Positions 1-13,865 are shown, counted from the first letter of the stretch. The stretch: 64,000 bases of DNA from Eledone cirrhosa (GCA_964016885.1 OZ024742.1:81592001-81656000), one strand, 5' to 3'. Numbers and translations: made by a program. Notes: generated by a model not told the origin, from the letters alone.

Positions 1-2285
1 GATGGTATGCCCTATGAACTTTACGTACAAATGCCAAACTTGTTCGGAAGCCTCTTGGCGGACGTCTACTGCAACTGGCAACAGAACGGGAGAATTCCCA
101 GCTCCGTGAGCCGAGGAGAGGTGGCGCTGCTGAGAAAGGATCCGAACAAGGGGGATGACATAGCTAGTTTTAGGCCCATAACTCTGCTAAACACAGAGTT
201 CAAGATTTTGGCAAAAGGTGCTAGCAAAGAGGTTGGCGCTTGTCGTTGGTGGTCTGGTGGGAGAGGCACAGACATGCGCCATTCCCGACAGATCCACTCA
301 CGACCACCTCCACCTCATGCGATACATCGTAGAGAGGGTAGCTAGGGAACCTGGCACGGGTGGGTCTTTGATCAATTTAGATCAGTCGAAAGCCTTCGAT
401 AGGGTCGACCATCGTTACCTAGCGGCAGTCCTGAGGGCGGCTGGATTTGGGCCCGTCTTCAGAGGCTGGATCGCTGCCATGCACAACGACATCTGCTCTG
501 TAGTGAGAGTGAACGGTCGCCTTTTGGAACCGTTCAACATCATGCGCTCGGTCCGCCAAGGATGTCCACTCTCGTCCCTATTGTACGTATTGACTCTCGA
601 GCCATTACTGCACAAACTGGAGACGTTGAGGGGGGTCCCACGCGAACAAGGATGCGGAAGATCCGTGTCAGCATATGCCGACGATGTCACCGTAGTGGTG
701 TCGAACGCAAAACACATCGAGGTGATCGGCACTGCACTAAGAGAATACGAAGCGGTGACAGGAGCAATGATCAACCAGGAAAAGTCAGTGGGCCTGCAGC
801 TCGGCACCTGGAGAGGCAGGTCCATGCCGTCCAACAGCGTCGTCGGGCGCTGGACGGACGGACCGGTTAAATTGCTAGGGGTCTGGTTCGGTCCAGTCCT
901 CCAGACGGACAAAAACTGGGACGAGGTGACGAGCAGGGTGGCTTCTCTCACCCAGAAATGGGCCGACAGGAAGCTATCCCTGAAAGGTCGAGCGGAGGTG
1001 GCTAACGCGTACATCGCGTCCGTCATCTACTACCGCCTGACCGTCGTACCTTGTCCTAAGCCCCGCCTGACTGCGGTGGAGCGTTTGCTCTTTCGCTTCT
1101 TGTGGAAGGGACGCGCTCCGATGGTCAGGCGGTCCATCTGCTGTCAACACCCGCTACGTGGAGGGCTGGGCATGCCGTGGCTGATGATGCGCAGACACGC
1201 GCTCAGGCTACGACATCTCCATCTCTTCCTCGACGGTGACCAGGTGTGGTCGCCGTTTGCTAGACACGTTTTTCCCCAGCTCGTCTCCTTGACGGAGCTG
1301 CAGTCCTGGGTCAAGCGAAGACCGAGAGGGAGCGCTTGGAGACTGGAATGTCTTTAGGCGCTCACAGCCCTCGACCAATCGGGCAATGTGATCGGTGGAA
1401 ACTCCTCCTTGGCGTTCTATAGGGGATTAGTGGAGGGGATGAGCGACGACGTACTTGGAGAAACTCTAGGCGTCGACGAAAATCAACTAGCCAATCTCTT
1501 CGGAAGGACTTTCGGGCCGGGGCCGATGGACAACTTCCAGAAATCCCTGGCCTGGCAGTGCTACCGGGGTGCTTTGCCAGTTCGGGATAAACTTTACAGG
1601 CATGGAGGTGCCGTCAGCCGGGCATGTCCGAGATGCGCACAGGGCGACGAAACCGTCCTGCACGCACTCGTCCAGTGTCCGAGCATTGCTGACTTGTGGG
1701 TTTATGTCGAACACCTGCTGTCACGTGTAGGACGGATCCAGCTATCAGCTGAGTCCATCGTGAGGATTGCCCTGCCCTCTTCCTTTAGCCGGGAAGGGCA
1801 GGCAGTTTTTTATCTGTCTGGTGGCCATGGCGAAAGAGATAGTATGGTGGACACGTTTGAAAGGGCTGAAGACGAGCACTTACCTCTTCGGTGATGCTCT
1901 GATTAACTTTTTCAAATTTCATCTGAAAAGGAAAATCAGGGTAGAGAGGGAAGTGTTCTCTTCCCAGCATTTTGTTGAAAGATGGGTGAGAGAAGCAAGT
2001 ATGGCCCGAATGGTTGGGCCTTCTCTGAGTATGTGTCTGTAAATTAAAGGTGGAAAACTGGGAGAGGGCACTTGCCCTGGTGGTCAGGGCCACTGTAGTC
2101 TTTTAATGGGCTTTCCCACAAATGTCCCTCGGAAGTCTCCCCCCTATTGGGGAATTTTTCTTTGTTATTTTATTTCATCCTCTGTTTTTTTTACACGCAG
2201 AAATGCCCATTTGTACCGTCCTGTATTGTCCTGTACTGTCCTTAATGTCTACTTTATGTAAACCCTTGTGGTTAATAAAGAAAAC
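1..2285 (+). mobile_element. L1/Tx1-clade non-LTR retrotransposon, copy 1 (3' part: RT, CCHC zinc finger, 3' UTR); disrupted
   Basis: ORFs 7-345, 218-1357, 1388-1894 and 1767-2042 give FRPITLLNTEFKILAK, DQSKAFDRVDH, VRQGCPLS, YADD and CPRC...ETVLHALVQC. There are frameshifts and a stop at ~1355. Ends AATAAAGAAAAC then (ATT)n. Confidence 0.93.
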
Positions 2286-2321
2286 ATTATTATTATTTTT
2301 ATTATTATTATTATTATTATT
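2286..2321. repeat. (TTA)n tract joining the two Tx1-like copies
   Basis: attattattatt... lies directly between the copy 1 3' end and the copy 2 start (ggcgacctacg). Confidence 0.9.
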
Positions 2322-2538
2322 GGCGACCTACGTAGTAAATCGTATCATCGTGAGCTCCGCAAAGGTTTGTTATTTTCAGTTATTTAATATTACCATTTAT
2401 GGAATTTTTTTATTGTTAACTATATATAAATGCACATACATTGATTTCTGAAAAGGACACTCAAAAATATTGGGGCCTTGAGCCCAAAATTTAAACTTTT
2501 TATAATTGTCAAACAAAAAATGTTTTCTTTGAAAAATA

Positions 2539-3944
2539 ATGGATGACTCAGATTCACTCCTTCCTCACAATCCAACACCTCACACCGACACCACCATTGT
2601 AAATATTGCTACGTTTGCCAACACTAGAATTGTAAGCAGTAGCAATATTTTTAATTTGTCTCAGGCAGACGTTCATTTCCCGCCATTACCAATGACTGCA
2701 GGTGTTAAAGCCGCCACCACCACCACCACCACCAGCGCAACAACCAACACCCCACCACCACCACAGCGACAACAAAAGAAAAATATAAATTAACTCATGA
2801 TATCGAAATGAATTCAACCAAATTGAACTCTTCCACACCGAACACCACTGACGCCACCACCACCACAACTGAAACGAAAATTAACAATAGCAAAAATAAA
2901 GATAATAACAACAGCAACAATGAAATTAAGAAAACTACCCTGAGTTTTGCCAGAGTAGCAAAAACGTGCGAAGCGATCCAGGTAACTCAAAGGAATTGTA
3001 AAGGAATGGTAAAGAAAGATGGGGACAGGGACAGCCTCACCCACCCACCTAATAAAATGGAGCAACGTCGCCTATGCACCGTGTCTTATCGGACAATAAA
3101 TATAAAATCGCACCGAGTGGAACGGTCATCTGAGTCCCAAATCCAAAAAGCTTTGGGACATGTGTGGGAAAAAAAACACACATCAGACGTGGGCAGAAGT
3201 ATGGAACCGTGGACGTGTTCTTTCAAACACCACCGGAGGCCAGAGAACACTCCATGGCCCCATTAAGAAGTGACGACTTCACAACCAAAACCAACGCCTG
3301 TGAAAGATTTTTCACTCCCCGGCTTATCGCAAATGGAGACAGATTGTGACGACGAGGAGTGGGAAACGGTATCAAGAAAAAAGAAAAAAAAAAGAAACCA
3401 AAAAAGAAAAAAATCTCTTCCTTCCCCCTCAAAAAACAAAATACAGACGGAAACAAATAAATTATGAAACAAGAAAGTTAAGACAGATATGCTACCATCC
3501 ACACCAGCATCACCAACCCCATCACCACAAACACCAACACCATCACCATCATTAACCCCAACACCACCATCACCAACACCACAAAAGTCACCAAAAAGCG
3601 TAGCAGAAACAAATCCACAACAAACGCAAACAAAACAAAACAACCAAAACGATACACACTACAAAGCATTAAATTTGAACAACAACCAATTATTACACTA
3701 CATCCAACACAACACCAGTATCACAGAAAAAGACTACACAACAACCCAAAAGTTCACACCACCTCCACACATACAAATCACTCGCATCACACTGATAACG
3801 TACACGACACAAAAAAAAAATTCACCAAAGACTTCCGAGTTATCCGACAAACACTCTCCAGGAGGATTTATAAGGACATCCTTCCTGAGGAGGCCACAAG
3901 CAGTGAAAAGGATGGAAAAACCTTCCTTCCCCTACGAGAAGTAA
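2539..3944 (+). pseudogene. Fragmented ORF1 of Tx1-like copy 2
   Basis: Broken low-complexity ORFs just upstream of ORF2, with a Lys-rich W-x-x-V-x-R/K motif of the kind seen in Tx1 ORF1 proteins. Confidence 0.6.
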
Positions 3945-3983
3945 GGTAAGTGATCTTTCCCATCTTTTCTACTCCATTTCAAC

Positions 3984-6900
3984 ATGACCTCACTCAGAAT
4001 AGGCAGCATAAATGCGCGTGGCTTGGGGGCCGTCATGGAAGCAGGGCCACCTGCTCAACGACCTCAGGTCACTAAACATAGATGTAGTGGCCATCAGCGA
4101 GACCAGAATCTCCGAAGCACGGGCCTTCGCACCGATCTTCGGCGGCTACGATGTGTACGCATCTCCCAGCCGTCCGGGATCGGGGGGCGGAGTTGCTGTG
4201 CTTTTTCGGAGAGGTTTGGATCACGCCATACGGGCCATCTTCCTGCACCCAGAAGGTAAGTTGGTGGTGCTAGACGTGACCAGCGGAGACGGGCAAGCTT
4301 TCAGGCTAGTTGCCGTCTATGCCCCGACAGGAGCAGGGCGGCCTGATTTCTTCCGGCGTCTGGAGAACTTTCTTAGAACGTCCCGCTCTTTAGTGTTAGT
4401 GGGCGACTGGAACGGGATCTTATATGCACGCTGGGACTGTGTGGGATTAGCGGATAGGGGGGGAGGGTGCAAGAGCCTCACCAACCTGCTCAGGCGTTTT
4501 GAACTGTCTGACAGGTACCGATTGGATTTCCCGAATGTGCCAATGTGGACTTGGACAAACCGTATAGGGTCAATGCAGATCATATCTAGATAGAGTATTT
4601 TGTAGAGAAATAGATATGTCTAGCATATGCTGTCCACAATTCAAGATATTCAGCTACACGGACCACAAATTCGTGATCTTTGTACTTGACTTAGATAGGC
4701 TTCATAGACGAGGACCCGGCTACTGGAAGCTAAACGCATCCTTACCAGCGCGCAAAGCGTACAGAGACCAGATTGGCGAACTATTTAAGCGGGCGTTGAC
4801 GGGGGCCATCGTCAACAACAAGTGGTGGTTTGCTCTGAAAAGAGCAATTAGAATAGAGTCCATTAGGTTTAGTAAGGCTTTAGCGAGAGAGAAAAATAGA
4901 GCAGAGGGAGAATTAGTTAGAAAATTAGACGAGGCGCTTAGCAAAGACATCACGACCGACGTACTTGCGGCGAAATTGGCCCTTGACCAATTCTTCAATG
5001 CAAATAACGAAGACTGTGTTGTCAGAGCTAGGGTGCGTGCTATCAGACACGAAGGGACGAAAGCCGTTCAATGGGCCCGAGTCGCGGAGGCGCATCGTTG
5101 GAACAAAGCCACGATCCGGTCTTTGGTGGACCATGACGGGCGCACGCTAGTCGATCCTGTGCAAATGTGTGAAGCTTTTTAGCGACTCTTCTCTCAGTTA
5201 TTCGGGGGCAGTGGTGGGCCGGTTCGAGGGATGGACTTTAGTGTCTACCTCGACGGACTGGCGCGGCTCTCGGCCACTGAGGCGGAGTGTTGCGAAAAGC
5301 TGATAACAGCCGCTGAAGTACGGGAGGCAATGACGGGCTGCACAAGGGGTAAATCGCCTGGTTTGGATGGTCTGCCCTATGAACTTTACGTACAAATGAC
5401 AGATTTGTTCGGAGGCTTCTTGGCGGACGTCTACTGCAACTGGCAACAGAACGGGAGAATTCCCAGCTCTGTGAGCCGAGGAGCGGTGGCGCTGCTGAGA
5501 AAGGATCCGAACAAAGAGGATAACATAGATACTTTTAGGCCCATAACTCCTCTAAACACAGAGTTCAAGATTTTGGCCAAGGTGCTAGCAAAGAGGTTGG
5601 CGCTTGTCGTTGGTGGTCTGGTGGGAGAGGCGCAGACATGCGCCATTCCCGACATATCCATCCACGACAACCTCCACTTCATGCGATACATCGTAGAGAC
5701 CGAAGCTAGGGAACCTGGCACGGTGGGACTTTGATCAATATAGATCAGTCGAAAGCCTTCGATAGGGTCGACCATCGTTACCTAGCGGCAGTCATGTGGG
5801 CGGCTGGATTTGGGCCCGTCTTCAGAGGCTGGATCGCTGCCATGCACAGCGACATTTGCTCTGTAGTGAGAGTGAACGGTCACCTTTCGGAACCGTTCAA
5901 CATCATGCGCTCGGTCCGCCAAGGATATCGCCTCTCATCCCTATTGTACGTATTGACTCTCGAGCCATTACTGCACAAACTGGAGACGTTGAGGGGGTCC
6001 CGCGCGAACTAGGATGCGGAAGATCCGTGTCAGCATATGCGGACGATGTCACCGTAGTGGTGTCGAACGCCAAACACATCGAGGCGATCGGCACTACACT
6101 AAGAGAATATGAAGCGGTTACAGGAGCAATGATCAACCAGGAAAAGTCAGTGGGCCTGCAGCTCGGCACCTGGAGAGGAAGGTCCATGCTGTCCAACAGC
6201 GTCATCAGGCGCTGGACGGACGGACCGGTTAAATTGCTAGGGGTCTGGTTCGGTCCAAACATCCAGAAGTCAAAAACTGGGACGAGGTGACGAGCAGGGT
6301 GGCTTCTCTCACCCAGAAATGGCGGAGAGGAAGCTATCCCTGAAAGGTCGAGCGGAGGTGGCTAACGCGTACATCATGTCCGTCATCTACTACCGCCTGA
6401 CCGTCGTACTCTGCCCTAAGCCCCGCCTGACTGCGCTGGAGCGTTTGCTCTTTCGCTTTTTGTGGAAGGGACGCGCTCCGATGGTCAGGCGGTACATCTG
6501 CTGTCAACACCCGCTACCTGGAGGGCTGGGCATGCCGTGGCAGATGTTGCGCAGACACGCGCGCAGGCTACGACAATACTCCACTTCCTAGACGGTGATC
6601 AGGTGTGGTCGCCGTTTGCTAGACACGTCTTTCGCCAGCTCGTCTTCTTGACGGAGCTGCAGTCCTGGGTCAAGCGAAGACCGAGAGGGAGCGCTTGGAG
6701 ACTGGAATGTCTTCAGGCGCTCACAGCCCTCGACCAATCGGGCAATGTGATCTGTTGAAACTCCACCTTCTATAGAGGATTAGTGGAGGGGAAGAGCGAC
6801 GACGTACTTGGAGAAATTCTAGGCGTCGACGAAAATCAACTCGCCAATCTCTTCGGAAGGACTTTCGGGCCGGGGCTTATGGACAACTTCCAGAAATTCC

Positions 6901-7394
6901 TGGCCTGGCAGTGCTACCGGGGTGCTTTGCCAGTTCGGGATAAACTCTACAGGCATGGACGTGCCGTCAGCCGGGCATGTCCGAGATGCGCACAGGGCGA
7001 CGAAACCGTCCTGCACGCACTGGTCCAGTGTCCGAGCATTGCTGACTTGTGGGTTTATGTCGAACACCTGCTATCACGTGTAGGACGGATCCAGCTGTCA
7101 GCTGAGTCCATCGTGAGGATTTCCCCGCCCTCTTCCTTTAGCCGGGAAGGGCAGGTAGTTTTTATCTGTCTGGTGGCCATGGCGAAAGAGATAGTATGTT
7201 GGACACGTTTGAAAGGGCTGAAGACGAGCACTTACCTCTTCGGTGATGCCCTGATTAACTTTTTCAAATTTCATTTGAAAAGGAAAATCAGGGTAGAGAA
7301 GGAAGTGCTCTCTTCCCAGCATTTTGTTGAAAGATGGGTGAGAGAAGCAAGTATGGCCCGAATGGTTGGGCCTTCTCTGAGTATGTGTCTGTAA
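3984..7394 (+). pseudogene. Frameshifted ORF2 (APE endonuclease, reverse transcriptase, CCHC) of Tx1-like copy 2
   Basis: Domain motifs appear in order across several ORF pieces, with multiple frameshifts and stops. Confidence 0.9.
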
Positions 7395-7639
7395 ATTAAA
7401 GGTGGAAAACTGGGAGAGGGCACTTGCCCTGGTGATCAGGGTCACTGTGGTCTTTTAATGGGCTTTCTCCACAAATGTCCCTCGGAAGACTCCCCCCTAT
7501 TTGGGAATTTTTCTTTGTTATTTTATTACATCCTCTGTTTTTTTTTACACGAAGAAATGCCCATTTGTACCGTCCTGTATTGTCCTGTACTGTCCTTAAT
7601 GTCTACTTCATGTAAACCCTTGTGGTTAATAAAGAAAAC

Positions 7640-7640
7640 A

Positions 7641-7671
<31 letters not shown>

Positions 7672-7729
7672 TATCATTATTATTATTATTCTACTTATAC
7701 TTCTTCCTTTCAACTACTACTTATACTAG

Positions 7730-7791
<62 letters not shown>

Positions 7792-7830
7792 CTATTACTA
7801 CTACTACTACTACTTCTACTACTACTACTA
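7640..7830. repeat. Compound (TTA)n/(TAC)n microsatellite after Tx1 copy 2
   Basis: Seen directly. Confidence 0.95.
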
Positions 7831-9469
7831 AATCTGACAAATTCATGACGATGCTCAGTTCACAGATGAAGAATTAACTGAAATAAAGTATAGACGTAAG
7901 AGATTTGTCAATTTCGATTGTGGACGGTAGATCAGAGATAATTTTCAATATATTCAATCGTGCGTTTGCATCCCGTCGGGACGTGAGTACCTATCTTAAC
8001 AGTGCACAACAATATTGTTCATAAACTATATTTTACAGGAGATTAATTGCACACTAGTGAGGGATTTGCATATTATAATGCATAATTTGTAATTTTTATT
8101 TCCTTGTATATTATGTGTCAAATGATAGATATGTTAATTGTAGTATAATATTAATATTGCATGCTGTTCTTTGTTTCACAAGATGATATCATATATTTGT
8201 ATATTCGAGAACATTTATCATCTCTTTTTGCATAATTTTCTTTTGGGGGCATGCATGAAATCATGGGGAAATTAGTCAGGTTACTATTATGAATAATATC
8301 AATAGGGTTTCCATTCCTTCTTGTGGAGGCCCGCATATTACAAAGATCACTTATCCTTGCAGGACTACTTGCAAACACATTTTGCTCTCAACGAAGAAAT
8401 TGCTTCTAAACTTTATTCGCCGATTCTATTAACTAGATCTAGAAACAATCATTTTCGATTAGATATTATTGTTGATAAACATTTTTTTGCAAGCGTGTAT
8501 TTCAGTTCGTTTATAATCACTACGATATGATCTCGTCTGGAATGAACGACAGAAAACATGCAAGAAATATGCGGCAGAAAATATGCTTTGGGAATTCGTG
8601 AATGATTGCAAAGTACCAAAATATATTTTTTTTAAATCAATCAAACACGATAAACAGGAAGGACGACATATTTACAACACAGACACGTAAAGTTAGACAA
8701 GTAAAAACGAAAGTTGCCATCAAACCAGCAACACAAATGATGAAAACAAATAAACAGTTCATTCTTTTCAGAAATAATAGTTTAGAATAAATTCGATATC
8801 AGTAAGTTTTGGGGGAAGGAGAGAACAGTGAGGTATTTAAATATAGAGCTCCACTGACAAACGAATGTATCAAGTAAACATGAGAAATATATCTTACCTA
8901 ACGTTTTCGAAGAAAAAATAGACAAAATACAACCGGTGCTTACATGTGTCCGCGTCTACGCAGAGCACTAAATGATGGCTGGGAACATACGGAATTGATC
9001 GAACCATTCAAGGCATATGAAAGTGAATGCTTGGAGTTAATATAAAAAAAAACCTTCAAAGTGTCATGCAGAGCTTGTCAGTTCAGACGGTGAGAATGTA
9101 TGTATTTCAAGCAAAGACAAAACATAAACAAGGACAGCTACAATAATTAATGGCAGGGTTATTGAACCTTGCCTTACAGATATTTAGAGAAGAGGAATGA
9201 AATGAGGTGAACTAACATGAAAAATGTAGTCCTGGAGAATGCATGTCGTTCTACTTCCCGATCAGTACTGAGGAACTCAAATGTACCATAGAACGGTATA
9301 GAATTCAGGGAGTTGAGAAGAGATCAATCAAAAAGACGATGGGGCGCCAGATGACTCAGTATGTACGTTCATGTATAATAAAGGCACCGCCATTTCTTAT
9401 TCCGTCACACTCTTCATCTTACCATTCCTCACTATTTCTCTCTCATTTTCTTTCTCTCTCCGTATATAT

Positions 9470-12290
9470 TTGAGAGAGGTCATCCATGCTATACGTTTTG
9501 CAGACAAGATTGTCATCCTTGGTGATATTAATGCAAGTGTTGGTAATGACTGGGAAGTTTGGCGTGTGATGGGCAAGCATGGAGTAGGTAAGTGCAATAA
9601 CAATGGCCTACTTCTGTTGCAGATGTGCACTGAGATGGATCTTGTTGTGGACACGCTCTTTCAGCCGAAAGACAAATATGATACAACTTGGATGCATCCA
9701 CGTTCCAAAAAGTGGCACATTATTGAGGCTGTTTTAACGAGGAAACGTGATATCAGGGATATCACATTGGTTCATGTATTGAGAGGCGCGGAATATTGGC
9801 CTGACCATCGTATGGTACGCGCCAAATTTCAATTTGTCGTGAAGCCCAAAGTAAGGGGGAAGAAGGTTGCACTTCCAAAACACTAAACGTGGCTCGTCTT
9901 AAAACAGAAAGTCAGAGCTGAGATGTTGAAGTCCCTTGACACCATAGAATGTGAAAACACGTGGGAATCATTGAAGAAAACCGTCTATGATGTTAGTACT
10001 GGAGTTTTAGGTCATACCAATAGAAATGATAAAACTGGTTCCATGAAAATGATGCAGTGATCCAGACCTTGCTTGAAGAGAAACAACAAGTGCTGACATC
10101 ATTGTTGTGTGAGACACTTTCTGGCAGGAGTTACCGGACCTTCAGGCAGATCATGGCACGTGTGCAACATCGATTGAGATATGCAGGATACCTGGTGGAG
10201 CCAAAAGGCTGATGAAATCCAGAATGCCTCAAATAGACATGATACAAAGCTCTTATACAGTCTGCTCAGGGAGTTGTATGGTCCGACCGGCCCACAAATA
10301 CCATCACATCGCTCCAGGAACAGCAGGGAATTGCTTAGAGATCCGATTAAATCCTGATCAGGTGACATGACCACTTTGATGAGCTTCTCAACACACCATC
10401 AGAATGTGATCATGAGTTCATCCGGTCGATTCCATCCAGACCTACAAAGCTGGCAATGGATGATCCTCCTTTATTTGATGAGGTGGCGAAGGCCATTGCC
10501 AAATTAAACAGCGGCATGTCACCTGGATTGGAATGACTGGGTGCCGAGATTTTCAAATGTGCTGATGATAACTTCTTAAACCGCCACATTGATCTCTTTG
10601 TTAATGTTTGGAATGAAGACGATGTAACATAGGACTGGACAGATGCATTGATGCTGGTACTTTACAAAAGAAAGGGAGCCAAATATGACTGTGGCAACTA
10701 GAGAGGAATCTCACTGCTATCTGTGGTTGTGTAGATCTTGTGCAGGTTATTGTTGGACAGTTTGATAAAGCACATTGCTGTTGAGGTACTTCCTGAGTCC
10801 AAATGTGGCTTTAGGAATGGCAGAAATACTGTTGACATGATCTTCTCGGCCAAACAACTTCAAGAGAAATGCATTGAGCAGCGCATGGACTTATTCTATC
10901 TTTTTGTCGATCTGACCAAGGCATTTAACACCGTTAATCGGAAGGCATTATGGGTTATTTTGGAGAGATTGGGCTGGCCTGAAAAGTTTGGGAACATTCT
11001 AAAACCCTTCCCCGATAACATACAGGCATGGGTGAATGTTGGAGGTAAACTGTCTGAGCCAATCTCGGTTGAAAATGGTGTCAAGCAATGTGATATACCT
11101 GCACCAACATTGTTTGCCATAGGATGTTTATATGCAGATGATTCTGATCTCTTTGCACGCTCCCAGTGTGACATGCAACACCTTATGAATTCTTTTTCCA
11201 ATGCGTGCAGTGCTTTGGGACTGACAATCAGTCAGAAGAAGACTGTCGTCTTGTACCAACCTGTTCCGGATAAAGTTTTCAATGTACCCTTCGCATACGG
11301 TCAGAGGCTGAAGGCTGCTGACATATTTGTGTATTTGGGGAGTACTTGGGAGAATTTGGTGAGTATTTGGGGAGTAGTGTGGCCTGCTCTCTGGAGGCAG
11401 ATGTTTGTCTACGTGTTAGTAAGGCAAGTGAGTCATTTTGAAGGCTCAACGACCGTATTTGGTGCAGGCGAAGAATCACAATGAGGACGAAGTTGAGAGT
11501 GTATGCTGCATGCATACTGTCAGCTTTGGTGTATGCATGTGACACATGGTTTACCTACAAACGGCATATCCACAGACTGGAACGGTTTCACTAGTAGTGT
11601 CTCAGAAAGATGCTCGGTATCAAGTGGCAGATGCATCTGAGTGATGTTGATGTCCTTCAGAGAAGTGATTGTCGGAGCATTGAATGTATCGCCCATCAAC
11701 GGCGTTTACGATGGGCCGGACACCTTTGCCGAATGGAAGATGATTGAATCCCAAAACAACTCTTGTATGGCGAGCTTCGTGAGGGTAAGAGACCACCTGC
11801 AAGCCAAGGCTCCAGTTCAAGGATTGTGTAAACTGGTTTGATGATGGCTGACTGGAAGATAGAAGCACTTGAAAGAGAAACTTTGCGTGGAATGTTAAAT
11901 GATAGGATCCATAATTTTGAGGACAGACGCATACAGCACGAGAACATCAAACGGGATGTGCATAAGAAATGCCCTGGTGTATCTCTCGACACGATCGGTG
12001 TCTCCAATGAATTGATTATGCCCTGAGTGTGGAAAGATTTGGTTGAGCAAATCTGGTCTCAGGAGCCACAGTCGCAACCATATTCAGAGAGAACCAGGGA
12101 ACTATGATCTCCACGGTGTTGTGAGGGTTCACAACAACCTGATGCAGGACCTCAAGCCAGGGAGATCCATAGTTGCAGTCAGTGTGTGAATGAGTGCAAG
12201 TCTTTAGCTGGCCCGAAAAGAAATATCCGAGCATCACACATCTGAATCTGACAAGCGATTGTATTACTCTTGGCAGAGTTTGCAGCCATC
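9470..12290 (+). mobile_element. RTE-clade LINE, decayed, internal deletion in RT
   Basis: Endonuclease motifs ILGDINASVG, TWMHPRSKKWH, PDHRMV. RT motifs CGFRNGRNTVDMIFSAKQLQEKC, FVDLTKAFNTV, GVKQ, LYADD. C-terminal C2H2 CPECGKIWLSKSGLRSHSRNH at ~12019-12081. Ends in (CA)n. Confidence 0.88.
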
Positions 12291-12306
12291 ACACACACAC
12301 ACGCAC

Positions 12307-12351
<45 letters not shown>

Positions 12352-12394
12352 CACACATACACGCACACACACACACACGCACATACACACACAT

Positions 12395-12476
<82 letters not shown>

Positions 12477-12478
<2 letters not shown>

Positions 12479-12885
12479 GTTAGAATATGTGTAATAAGGC
12501 CAAGACAATGCTGATATGGACATAGAAAAAAGAATGCAATAGTGAAAGATATTGATGTGAACTCGTCTTTCACCTTGAATTTATTTAAATGTCCTTAATT
12601 TTCGAGATAATATCTCTTCTTCGGAGGGAAGTAAAGGTCTCAGACCAGCGTCTTTAAATCTCTAATGAAGCCATGCTGACCGGAAGCATGGCTTCATTAG
12701 AGATTTAAAGACGCTGGTCTGAGACCTTTACTTCCCTCCGAAGAAGAGATATTATCTCGAAAATTAAGGACATTTAAATAAATTCAAGGTGAAAGACGAA
12801 TTCACATCAATATCTTTCACTATTGCATTCTTTTTTCTATGTCCATATCTGCATTGTCTTGGCTTTATTACACATATTCTAACGT
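12477..12885. repeat. Near-perfect 201-bp inverted repeat with 7-nt loop, between (TA)n tracts
   Basis: 12477-12677 is the reverse complement of 12685-12885 with about 3 mismatches; loop gaccgga. Confidence 0.95.
12734..12770 (+). ncRNA. Degenerate minimal hammerhead-like motif (mirrored in the left arm)
   Basis: cct CCGAAGA a-gagat-att-atctc GAAA at TA agg; U4 is replaced by C and stems I and III are very short. Confidence 0.4.
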
Positions 12886-12928
12886 TTATACCTCATTACA
12901 CAATGCTTCAAGTGAACTATAACCTCCT

Positions 12929-12965
<37 letters not shown>

Positions 12966-12969
<4 letters not shown>

Positions 12970-13166
12970 ACAGGTGTGTGATGAAAGACTATATATTAGA
13001 GTATATATTTTAACCATTGGTCAATCAATGATAAACATTGATTGCTAGATAAATTAACTATAGAAAAATTAAACGGTACAGAAGCGAAGACTATTCCAGA
13101 CCAAACATTGAGTGTGTTTTATTATTTTTTCTGGCAATATTATAACAATATGACTCTTACCCAAAT
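12966..13166 (+). mobile_element. TA-embedded fragment of the element family at 34650-35172
   Basis: 13015-13165 matches the reverse complement of ~34700-34850; it starts at the stem II/GAAA part of that family's hammerhead motif. Confidence 0.65.
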
Positions 13167-13464
13167 ATATATATATATTGCATAAAGCGATATTTTGGTC
13201 TGCTTCCATGCTATTTAAAGAAAGACACATAAACAAGCGAAATAGGTGATGTCGTTGTTAACTGTTCCTTGTTTTTCCTTTATTATTACAATTTTGATTT
13301 AGTGGTTGGCCTAATTTGGGGTATATTGCTTGGCTGGGGCCCACCGAGTGTTTCCTAATCTCACCACCGAAAAGTCGAAGTTGCTAAATTTTTTTCTTTT
13401 CCTTCCTAACATCGATTTGGACATTAAACACACACACACAAACACACACACCAAGCACATATAT

Positions 13465-13656
13465 ATAATTGTTTCTCCTTTTGGCACAAGTCCAGCTATT
13501 ACCCAGTGCATTACTGGCACCTTACTTTGTCGACCCCGTAAGGATGAAACGCAAAGTTAACCTTCGCGGGATTTGAAGTCAGAATGGAAAGGGCGTAACT
13601 CTATACGTCAAAGCATGGCGTCCGACTCTCTACCGATACTGCCATTCCACCGCCCA
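13465..13656 (-). mobile_element. tRNA-derived SINE (octopus-type, central actttgcctttcatcc...ggggtcgataaa...gtaccag)
   Basis: Reverse complement of the copy at 30983-31172; A-box-like tggcagtatcgg and B-box-like ttcaaatcc. Confidence 0.85.
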
Positions 13657-13809
13657 CATATATATAATACAAATTATCTGCTTATATACATGTGCAAGAT
13701 GACATGGCTTTAAAAAAGAGGCTGTTTCCATAATTGCAAACGAATCGAATATTATTATTAATATCTGAAAAGCTCAGATTTTATTTAGATTATATTTAAG
13801 AACTGACTA

Positions 13810-13865
13810 ACTGCCGGATGAGGTCATATCCATTCAATGGCTATCTTCGAAATATATATAGCAGT
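13810..13865 (+). ncRNA. Minimal type I hammerhead motif, U4>G mutated
   Basis: actgc CGGATGA [stem II] GAAA tatata TA gcagt. The homolog at 34389-34445(-) has an intact CTGATGA. Confidence 0.6.

Larger units (their letters stand above)
2322..7639 (+). mobile_element. L1/Tx1-clade non-LTR retrotransposon, copy 2, near full length (5' UTR, ORF1, ORF2 APE-RT-zinc finger, 3' UTR); inactive
   Basis: ORF1 fragments 2539-3944 include EEWETVSRKKKKKR and a Pro/Thr linker. ORF2 starts at 3984 (MTSLRIGSINARGL) with VAISETR, VYAP, GDWN, TDHK, KSPGLDG, YADD and CCHC. 5366-7639 closely matches 1-2285. Confidence 0.93.

Noticed and set aside
2122-2451. Leu-rich ORFs at Tx1 3' ends (also 7458-7877)
   Set aside because: 3' UTR plus (TTA)n/(TAC)n read-through.
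7950-9000. Hydrophobic short ORFs and splice-like sites
   Set aside because: No recognisable domain or consistent exon chain.
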